Shown piece after piece: positions 1 through 10,629 of a stretch of DNA of 34,778 nt. Both the position numbers and the translations under genes were made by a program. Numbering within the stretch: the stretch's first letter is position 1; every line of letters starts with the position of its first letter. Where the stretch lies: NCBI RefSeq assembly GCF_001194135.2, contig NC_068994.1:20352711-20387488 (forward strand), in the 5' to 3' direction. The notes beneath the pieces were generated by a model, which saw only the letters and a program-made list of their open reading frames with translations, was not told where the DNA came from and ran no database searches. Source of the stretch: Octopus bimaculoides (taxonomy: Eukaryota).

Positions 1-86
1 AAGAAGAAGAAGAAGAAGAAGAAGAAGAAGAAGAAGAAGAAGAAGAAGAAGAAGAAGAAGAAGAAGAAGAAGAAGAAGAAGAAGAA
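1..86. repeat. (AAG)n microsatellite, running off the window start
   Basis: Pure AAG repeat seen directly. Confidence 0.98.
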
Positions 87-87
87 C

Positions 88-1983
88 CACACTGACTTTG
101 AACAGTGACAATGAATCTCTCGATACTGGAGATGTAAGAAATTCATGTGATATTTTCCAGGGTGACTCTCTATCATCACTCCTCTTTTGTCTAGCCTTAA
201 TGCCTCTCTCGAAATTGCTCGATGGTGTACAATACGGCTATAAAATGTTTGATAAAAATATAAATCATCTCATATACATGGATGACTTATAACTCGTTGC
301 AAAAAATTACCAACAACTCAAGGGCTTACTAGCGATTGTTAAACAATTCAGTGATGACATCAGCATGCAATTTTGCCTCGATAAATGTGCAAAAGCTACC
401 TTTATCAAAGGAAAAGAAACATCCAACGTTAATCATGACCAACAGAATTTCATAAAGGAGCTAGAATCAGCGGAGAGCTACAAATACCTAGGGTTATTTG
501 AAGGTGATGAAATCAAACATTCAATGATGAGGGAAAGAATCGGAAGAGAATGTTATCGCAGGATAAGGGGCTCAAGACAGAGCTGAACGCAAGAAACAGA
601 ATCCAAGCGATCAATACTTTAGCCATACCAGTTGTGACTTACAGGTTCAATATCATTAACTGGTCAATTACTGAAATATGTAATCTTGATAGAAAAATAC
701 GAAAATTGTTGACAATGCATAGAATGCACCACCCTAAGGCAGATATAGAACGACTTTATCTGCGAAGAAAAGAGGGTGGTCGTGGACTTTTAAAACTGGA
801 ATTAACAATGAAGATTGCCACAATTGGCCGAAACGCCTACCAGAAAAAACTCTGATTATTGGATGTTAAAACTTGTCTTAAAGCATGAAGACCAGAAAGG
901 ATCATACTCATTAACAAACAAAGGAATATCTAAGTGAGTTCCAAATACAACAAATCATAGAATTAAATGTACTAGAAACAAGCACAGAAAAAGCTAAGCG
1001 TATGAAAACAATTGCTAAAACCATGGCCTTAGATATTCTTACTGATAAATGGCAAGAAAATCCTCTCAATGTCAAATATCCAAAGAGAGCTTATAGTGCC
1101 GATGTTGACAAAGCCCTTACCCATCAATGGTTAGTGTCTTCTGGCTTAAACTCAGAAACAGAAGGGTTTATCATAGCAGCCCAAGATCAATACCTACCTA
1201 CAAGGAACTACCAGATCAACATATTAAAGAACTGTAGTAGCCCAGCATGTCGTGTATGTAAATAACAAAATGAAACCATTGATCATGTTGTCTCTACGTG
1301 CAGTCTTCTTGTTCTACAGAGTATCTCAAGAGGCAGGATAGAATAGCACAATATATTCACTTGGTAATTTGTAAAAACCTGGACCTGCCTCATGATAAAA
1401 ACAGGTGAGAACACAAACCACCTCCAGTGCTTGAAAATGATCGCATCTCACTCCTCTGGAACTTCACCATTCAAACTGACAGAAAGATAGATGCGAATAG
1501 GCCAGACGTTATATTGAAGGACTTCAGAAAAAAATCATGCCTCCTCATCGATACAAATGTATCTGTCAAGACCTACCAAACACTGAGCAAATATAAAGAT
1601 CTTGAAATAGAAATTAGCAAAATGTGGAACCTCAAGATTAAAACAATACCTGTTGTCATAGTTGCCCTAGGAATGATAGCAAAAGTGACTGATTACTACC
1701 TAGCTCAGATACCAGGAAACCACAAAATAACAGAAATACAAAAGATAGTGCCCATGGGGACTGCCCATATCCTATGTATAATAGTCTATGTAATCTCAAA
1801 TTTTGAAACAAACTTATAATTTTCTTATGTTTTGTTAAACATCCTCTAGAACAATATTATGTGCAAAATCAAATATATCACACCGTAGGCATAACACCAA
1901 CTTGAACTTCTAACTTGATATCTCTTGAGGTCTCTTGGTGAAACTTGGAGTCAACTTGTACAAATACAAAGCAAAAGGCAAAC

Positions 1984-1987
<4 letters not shown>
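88..1987 (+). mobile_element. R4/Dong-clade non-LTR retrotransposon, 5'-truncated and decayed (3'UTR type A)
   Basis: Frameshifted ORF pieces give RT motifs IFQGDSLS and YMDDL, post-RT RLYLRRKEGGRGL, ETEGFIIAAQDQ, a CCHC-like finger (CRVCK...ETIDHVVSTC) and the RLE motif RPDVIL...KYKDL. The 3'UTR at about 1820-1987 ends in (AAT)n. Confidence 0.92.

Positions 1988-2046
<59 letters not shown>
1988..2046. repeat. (AAT)n microsatellite between stacked Dong copies
   Basis: Seen directly. Confidence 0.97.
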
Positions 2047-2913
<867 letters not shown>

Positions 2914-3962
2914 AGAGTAGTTAGAGAGCGCAAACCTCCGCCAAGGCAACACCAATGTCTTCTCAACGATTAGCCGGAGAGGATTTTTAAAATGTTATCT
3001 GAAATAAACTCGACTGCTCTCACAAACGGGAATACTAAAAATGAACCCGACCGCTCTCAAACATTAAGTAGAAAGAACCAGAAAAAAAAATCCAGAATCT
3101 TTGTCCAGTTCCTGATGAATCCCAATGGTAGTCATAGAATGTGAAGGTGGGTGGGCGGGCTGTGTTTGTAATGCTGTGTGTGTGTCGTCTGCAATGGGAG
3201 CAGGGACAGTTTTCTCCATGACGGCCTTTTTCACTCTATCCACTGATCTAATTTCTTTTCGACCATAAAGGTCTTTAGTGAAAAATTTACCCGTGCGTGA
3301 AAGAAAACAGAAAGGACCTGCATACGGTGCTGTTAATGGAGGTTAAACACCATCGCTGCGCACAAAAACGTGAGTCCAAGAAGTAATGATTCCTTCAAAG
3401 CAGAGCTAGAAATGAAATTGTCAAGTAAGGCGTTTTAAATAGGAACAATATATTCAAAATTGGTAAAACTAAAAATTGTCGAGGATAAATTAAATCTATT
3501 ATTGTTACTGAATATGTTAGTGCTAGTTATTTACCGAACGGTTTTGCTGTCATTTGTTTATGTAGCTTGATTTCTTTATCCATCAGTTTCTATTAAGATA
3601 GAGACACGACTAAAATTAATAATAGAGAAACGAAAATAAAACTTTGGAAACAGCAACACCGCCATAACTCATATAGAAACTATGAGCGTTCTCTCAAGGG
3701 AGACAATCAGAGAAAAACTTGAAAGTGAACGTAAGATCGTAATACTTCATTTAATGTAAATATAACAAATAATCCAGAATCCTTGTCCGGTACCGGATCA
3801 ATCCCAAAATCTAATCAGCTCGTGCCAGTCACGAGGCCAAACATCCCTGAATGCTTCATCCGAATCTTTCCAGCAGTTCTTGAGATATATTGTGTACGGA
3901 AAAACAAACAAACAAATAAACACGACTGAAAAACAATGCCTCTGCCTTCGCTAAAGCGGAGG
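2914..3962. mobile_element. Probable non-autonomous Helentron/HINE-like element (possibly composite)
   Basis: 5' cctccgccaaggc (about 2935-2947) and a 3' hairpin cctctgccttcgctaaagcggagg (about 3939-3962) preceded by a (caaa)n tract. This subterminal-inverted-repeat plus hairpin layout resembles HINE/DINE-1-type elements. No coding capacity. Confidence 0.55.
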
Positions 3963-4055
3963 GAAGAAGAAGAAGAAGAAGAAGAAGAAGAAGAAGAAGA
4001 AGAAGAAGAAGAAGAAGAAGAAGAAGAAGAAGAAGAAGAAGAAGAAAAAGAAGAA
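3963..4055. repeat. (GAA)n microsatellite
   Basis: Seen directly. Confidence 0.97.
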
Positions 4056-4646
4056 ACATATTCACAGACATGACAGAGTTGGGACCTGTATACACTGGAA
4101 GCTATGCCAACACTATGGAATAACAACAACAAAAAATGGTATAGGCACACCTCAGAAAAGTTACAGAAAATGCGAAAGCAGCCATAGTCTGGGATATGCC
4201 AATTCACACAGAGAAATTAAGGCCAATAGGCCAGATATAGTTGTCAGAGATCACCAAATAAAAAATGCTTTCTAATCGATGTATCAATACCAACAGATGA
4301 TAACGTTTCACTAAAAGAAACGGAGAAACTTTCAAAATACAAAGATCTGGAAATAGAGGTAACTCGGATGTGGGGCCTAAAACCAGTAACAATTCCTATC
4401 ATAGTAGGTGCCTTAGGTATGATTAAAAAAAACATTCAGACAAATACATAACAAAAACACCAGGACTTACATGTACATATAGCATACAGAAAATAGCACT
4501 ACTAGGCACCACACACATCCTAGGTAAAACATTTTCAATACAGTGAAAATAAGAGCGCCACAACAAGCCACAGCACATACCCAAGGCACACAGAGCTGCG
4601 CTCGGTAGTGCAGTGAAAGCACGTGATAAAAATAAGACAACTGTAT
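4050..4646 (+). mobile_element. R4/Dong 3' fragment (type B): RLE domain and 3'UTR
   Basis: HIHRHDRVGTCIHWKLCQHYG, RPDIVV and KYKDLEIEVTRMW; near-identical to 2200-2309 and 5300-5660. Confidence 0.92.
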
Positions 4647-4790
<144 letters not shown>

Positions 4791-4914
4791 AATTACTTTT
4801 TCTTTTTTCTTTTATCCTTTTCTCTCTGTCTTCCTCTTTTTCTCTGTCACATGAATTTGTAAATGAACAACCTGGTGTGTTTATTCTAATGGCCTACCAA
4901 TATATGCAATACGT

Positions 4915-4977
4915 TTCTCTGCCCTAGGTGTCAGGAAGACACTCGGCAAGAAATAGAAACGGAATTAAAAGAAGACG

Positions 4978-5033
<56 letters not shown>
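4915..5033 (+). mobile_element. Putative orphan Dong-like 3' end (type G) followed by (AAT)n at 4978-5033
   Basis: ccctaggtgtc-aggaa-gacactcgg has the same layout as the stem-loop motif in the other Dong 3'UTRs and is followed by an AAT tract. There is no coding sequence, so the assignment is inferred. Confidence 0.4.
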
Positions 5034-5161
5034 TTTTTTTTCTTCATGATCTTTGACAACTATATCTGGTCTATTTGCCTTAATTTCTCTAGCTGTGTGT
5101 ATTGGCATATTCCAGAGTATGGTTGCTTTCTCGTTTTCTGTGACCCTTTTCTGGCGTGTGT
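5033..5161 (-). mobile_element. Inverted fragment of type B Dong RLE region
   Basis: Minus-strand VTENEKATILWNMPIHTAREIKANRPDIVVKDHEEKK, homologous to the plus-strand copy at about 4160-4262. Confidence 0.9.
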
Positions 5162-5282
5162 NNNNNNNNNNNNNNNNNNNNNNNNNNNNNNNNNNNNNNN
5201 NNNNNNNNNNNNNNNNNNNNNNNNNNNNNNNNNNNNNNNNNNNNNNNNNNNNNNNNNNNNNNNNNNNNNNNNNNNNNNNNNN

Positions 5283-5660
5283 AAAAAAAAAAAAAAAAGG
5301 CTTTCTAATTGATGACAACGTTTTCCTAAAAGAAATGGAAAAACTTTCAAAATACAAAGACCTGGAAATAGAGGTAACCCGAATGTGGAATCTAAAAACA
5401 GAAACAATTCCTATCATAGTAGGTGCCTTAGGTACAATAAAAAAATATTCAGACAAATACATAACAAAAACACCAGGACTTACAAATATATATAACATAC
5501 AGAAAATTGCACTACTGGGCACTGCACACATCCTACGCAAAACACTTTCAATACAGTAACCATAAGAGCATCACAGCAAACCACAGCACATACCCAAGGC
5601 ACACAGAGCTGCGCTCGGTAGTGAAGTGAAAACACGTTATAAAAATAAAACTACTGAACA
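5283..5660 (+). mobile_element. R4/Dong 3' end (type B) with 3'UTR and short (AAT)n tail
   Basis: KEMEKLSKYKDLEIEVTRMWNLK...LLGTAHILRKTLSIQ-stop, then the type B UTR. Confidence 0.93.
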
Positions 5661-5685
5661 ATAATAATAATAATAATAAAACAAC

Positions 5686-5817
5686 ATTATGTACAAATCG
5701 AAGTATATGGTACTCTAGGCATAACACCTACATGAACTTCTAACTTGTTGTCTCTTGAGGTCTCTGGGTGAGACTTGGGTTCAACTTGTACAAATGCAAA
5801 GCAAAAGTCAAATATAA

Positions 5818-5873
<56 letters not shown>
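5686..5873 (+). mobile_element. Isolated type A Dong 3'UTR (about 130 bp) plus (AAT)n at 5818-5873
   Basis: Closely matches about 1858-1987 (taggcataacacc...gaacttctaacttg...gaggtctct...caacttgtacaaat.caaagcaaaag). Confidence 0.88.
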
Positions 5874-5875
<2 letters not shown>

Positions 5876-5915
5876 GTAGTCCCTTTGACCCACGAATAGT
5901 CAAGAAGGAAGGGGA

Positions 5916-6001
<86 letters not shown>

Positions 6002-6005
6002 TGAC

Positions 6006-6064
<59 letters not shown>

Positions 6065-6391
6065 GGGAGGGAGAAAGAGAGGGATACAACCGTCTTAAGT
6101 ACAAAATAGCCCGTCTGTGGAAACTGGAGACGGTGAAGATAGCGCTTATTATTCTTGGGTCCTCGGGAACAGTATTAGAAGGCATCAGGAGGAATATAAA
6201 GTAAATTGGAATAGAGTGGCCAGTAGAACTGTTACGAAAGGTTTGCTTCTTTGGCACGGTTAGAATAATCAGGAAAGTATTAGATAGCTGAAAAGGACGA
6301 ATAGTATGGTACCGTAGGCTGCAGATAGCAATCCTGCTAGACATGCAAGGCTCCAGAAGCTCTAATAAAATCTGTGATAAAGAGAAAATAC

Positions 6392-6433
<42 letters not shown>
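5874..6433 (+). mobile_element. R4/Dong 3' end (type C) interrupted by (GATA)n/(GACA)n, with (AAT)n tail at about 6393-6433
   Basis: [13 protein letters not shown]-[repeat][13 protein letters not shown]...[12 protein letters not shown] is homologous to ORF 16473-16946; the 3'UTR matches the reverse complement of about 16391-16470. Confidence 0.9.
5920..6064. repeat. (GATA)n-(GACA)n-(GATA)n tetranucleotide microsatellite
   Basis: Seen directly. Confidence 0.97.
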
Positions 6434-6434
<1 letters not shown>

Positions 6435-6852
6435 CAACTACCTCTTCTACATCGATAATTTGGAACTGTATGGCAAGGATGAAACATAAGTGACTTCCTT
6501 GATGAACACGATCCACTGTTTTAATATTGCTATTAGAATTGAATTTGGGCTAAGGTACTGTCCCTAGCAGGGATAGAATTACCGAATAGAGACTTGATTA
6601 AACAAATTGAAACGGAAGACTACAAATACCTTGGTGTACTAGAGTCAACGAGATAATGGAGAAGGAAATGAAAGAGCAACTGAAGATGGAATATTTCCGA
6701 AGATTAATTTGGTGTTGCGCTCGAAATTGACTGGATGGAATAAAATCCAAACAGTTAATACGTGGGTGACAGCATCACTACGGTATGGAGCGGGAATTAT
6801 CTAATGGCAAAAGAGAGAAATGATGACAATGGATATCAAGACCAGAAAGAGT
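6434..6852 (+). mobile_element. R4/Dong RT fragment, decayed
   Basis: [13 protein letters not shown] (degenerate YxDD), YKYLGVLE, NKIQTVNTW...LRYGAGII and MDIKTRK. Confidence 0.82.
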
Positions 6853-7850
6853 GTTGACAGTACACGAGTGAGTCCGATAGGTTGTCCTTGTGATGGTGAT
6901 GCCTGTGATAGTGGTTCTCGTGTGGCTGATGTTGGGGAGGTATTTGTGAGTTTGTTTTCAATTGTCTCTCTCTCACCTCTAGTCATATCTGCCAGTTTTT
7001 TTGCGTTGATGTTGGTATTACTTTGTTCCTTTTTCTTTTCTTTTTTCGATCCACGAACCCTTGGTCATGTCGGAAAAAAATGGTGTCTCCCTTCTCTCTT
7101 TTGTTGTAGGCAGAAAGCTTTGAGGTGATTTGTGTCCCTGCAAAGATGACATCTTGGCTTTCTGCCTCAACAACAATGTGAAGCTTTGTGCCATTTGATA
7201 GGCTTATGTAGTCTGAGATAGCCTCGACGCTTGGCTTATTTGCCTGTATTAGTAGCTACATCTCCTGTCCAAACCAGTTCTGCTTCTGTATTTTCTGTAT
7301 TCGTAGAATCGTGGTTTTCCCTTCTATGTCGGAATGAATCGCAGCCACCAGCCGCAGATGTTTATTTCTGGTGGTATGTTGAGTATTCAAACTTTGAATA
7401 GTCTTCGACTAAGATAAATGAGGGTGAGGATGAGCTAGTCACTCTTTATAGAAGCTGTCGAGTGATTTTTGGCCTCCTCCTCTGAGGCGAACCTCACTTC
7501 GACAGTCTCATATTTCTTCCCCATGGAAGGAATATGTTTTGCTCTTCCGAATTGGTCTTAAACATTTTTCAGTTTGCTGGTGTGTTGCATGACGGCGACT
7601 ATGTAATCCAACTGCAGCTCCCCTTAGCCTTTCAATATCCACAATGGCGTCAAACAAGGCTGCATCCTCGTTCCCACACTTTTCAAAATCTACGTCGCTG
7701 TGCTGCTGAACATGCCTTTATATCCCACAGCACTACCCTCACTGACAACTTCTCCTTGAACACGAAGGTTGACTGGAGGATCGGGAAGGAAGCCTCAACT
7801 CACCCATCTCATATCTCGAATGTGAATAATTTCCAAATACATAATTAATA
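6853..7850 (-). mobile_element. L1/Tx1-like ORF1 (gag-like) remnant
   Basis: Minus strand gives VEVRFASEEEAKNHS, NIPPEI, WLVAAI...QNWFGQEM and the CX2CX4HX4C knuckle CHLCRDTNHLKAFC at 7110-7151; homologous to the ORF1 at 10780-11190. Confidence 0.78.
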
Positions 7851-9109
7851 CAAAGAAAATAGTGTGCACTGTCTGTCATAAGCAAACTCCTGTGCAGCAG
7901 AGACATGGACTACATATATCAGAGAGGAAAGAAAACTGAACAATTTCCACTTAACATATCCTAGCAAGACAGAGTACCTAACGCGACACTCCAGGCTCGC
8001 GCTAGACTTTCTTATTTGTATACTCTGCTTGAGCTGCGAGGCCTCACGGGCCGGCTCATGTCCACCGCAAGGAGGTTAGCCGCATCCCAAATAATATCAT
8101 CTATGACTTCCGGGATGAGACGTTTTAGCCAAACTCTGCTACAAAAACGTCGGCATGGAGGACATGAAAATGTTCCATATCAATACGGAATCTTGAGATA
8201 GCCTTCCAAATGACCAAGTGAGATGAACAATATCCTGAACTGGATAAAAACAAACAAAAGCCTACACAGAGATATGACAACTACAAGAGTAAGTGCCACC
8301 TCCGCACAGGTCATCTCGGTCACAAGTGACTCAGCTCCAACCAAACACGTATGTATGTGAATGCATGCACAAATCTATATCGAGATTTATCATTATATTT
8401 TCACCTTATCGGATGAAAGCTTTTTATTCTTACTCTCTTTCTTTCCTTCTCCCATTGTGTCCTCTGAGTGTGGTTTACTCTAGCGATTGTCTTTACTTGC
8501 AAACAAGTTGAAACAAGTTGCCTACTTTCCTTCCCCACTTTCTATCTCTCTTTCCCCCCCTCTCTCTCCCTCTCCCCCTTCTTTCATCCAAACATAGTGG
8601 TCATCCAAATTGTCACAAAAGCTGATGGTAATGATAGCGATAGTGCTGCTACACTTAAAGGTGAGGAGTGGCAGAGGTTGATAGGTGGCTGAAATTTTTT
8701 TCTTTCTTTATAAAATAGTGCTGAGCAGTGATACTGGTTTGGTAAGAGTCGCAACTATTGAAATAGTAATTTGGTGGTAGCATTCAGAATGAGATATATT
8801 TCGGGGATTTAGAAGTCCCAGTTTCGATCCTTTCACGCAGTGTTTTGAACGTGTCTTCTTCTTTATCTTCGGGTTGACCAATACCCTGTGAGTAGATCTT
8901 GGTGGGCGGAACTGTTATGTTACGTGAGTTCGATTTTTGGAGGAGACTTATGACACGGGGTCCAGCCTTGACTGAACTTGAGGACCTTTGTGATTTTCGT
9001 GATTGTTTACAAGTTTGTTCCAATTGTTTTCAAATTTGGTATATTGATTAAGTTTTGTATACTAATTATGAAAAGGAAATTCATTTTTCCTATAAATCCA
9101 TAATTAAGA

Positions 9110-9570
9110 AGTTATTAGCCTCTAAAATTTGCAAAATTTGGGTATTTTAGCCAATCAGAAGCGCGTATTTTATACATCACCGTGGCGAAAAACTCTGTTT
9201 CCATAGTAATCAAAGATGATGCGCATGCGCACAAGGGGGAGAAGGAGATGCGAGAAAGATAATCTATCATAATAATATTCTTGCGTTTTTCTCCGTCACA
9301 ACATATGAATGAGAAAGAAAGGGATGATAGATGAATAAGAAAGGAAGGGGTGATGGCAAACTGGTGGGATGGTGAACATTCATCAACGCTGAAAAGAAAA
9401 ATCAAACTGCGTTTCAACTCTGTGAGTATAAACGTGCATGTGTGCGTGTAGAAGGGAAGTATGTCAATGTATGTGAACATTGACAAGTGTATTAATTTGA
9501 TTTACCATCCATATTTATATATAAAATACTACAATTAGCCTTCATTTTAGACGACACGGGGTCAGCTAGT
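9110..9570 (+). mobile_element. Possible non-autonomous Helitron-type element ending in CTAG-T
   Basis: Ends gacgacacggggtcagCTAGT (9566-9570), a Helitron-like 3' terminus. The 5' boundary is a guess. Confidence 0.35.
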
Positions 9571-10629
9571 TTATTTTATAAAATCCTTGGGTATATTGCA
9601 AACTTTCGTTTTTTAGTTCTTTTAAACAAATAGATGTCTCTTTTAAACAATGCTTTGACTGTTACTTCTAGCAACTCCTTGCTTTGTTTGTTCGTAGCTT
9701 TTAAATATTCAATTTGCTCGCGAATAATTTAATGTTAACTTCATTCGTGTTAATGTTTTGACTGTTTTTTCTAACAATGTTTTAACATGCCGATGCCCCC
9801 ACCCCCTGATGATGGAAGAGGCAGCAAACGCGCTGTTTTCTGATTGACTGAAAATTCTGAAAAGTATTAAACTTTGACCACCTGTAACATTTTTGCAAGT
9901 GGAATAAATGAAAACAAATTCGGATTCAGCGTCAAAAATTACATCTATATGATGCATTAAAATTTTTTTTAGAGAAATTGTAAACAGTGACGAAAACTAC
10001 AAAGATCCAAATTTGATGCCAGCATCGTTTGAACAATGTTGGTGGAATATTTTCCACATTGTACAAATAATGGAGCGTGTACAACGGCAATGGAGAAAAT
10101 AGAGTCTGAGCACTTTTGAGATCATCTCATTAATTATGGCCTGTCATGCCATATATTTTCTTGTATGCTACTTCGATTCTCCTAATATTTTGTTTGTTCC
10201 AGAGATGCTAAAGTAAAAAACAATATGCAAAGAGAGGCCGAACAATGCAGAGTAAAGGCGAGTAATGGTATCAGAATCTTTAACCTTGAAAGTTTTAAGC
10301 TTCCAAGAGCATATTTTGCGGGCTACATCAACTTTATTGATAAAAGTGTCCCAACTTATGTTGTTCACAGTTGCACCTCAGTCCATGATATTATCTGACG
10401 CCATGAAAGGTTCTCTGGAAAAAGAAAATCGTAGGCTCGGGAACTGGGGATGCAAAATTATTGGGCGGCAATGAAAGCGCTTTGAACATCCTCTTGAAAA
10501 ACTTCATCACCGAAACAACAAGCATAGAAAAACTTTTGGTCTTGGGGCTGCTCAATTGAATTAATTTTTAGTGAAAAGTTGTTTGGGTTTCCCCCCATCA
10601 ACACGGAGAAAATACAACAGAAAACGGTG

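Noticed and set aside
7950-8200. Possible degenerate zinc knuckles on the plus strand (CLSCEAS..., LCYK...GGH)
   Set aside because: They need assumed frameshifts and lack complete CCHC spacing; too weak to call.
8952-9563. 11-bp direct repeat gacacggggtc at 8952 and 9553
   Set aside because: Short enough to be chance and no TSD-like context.
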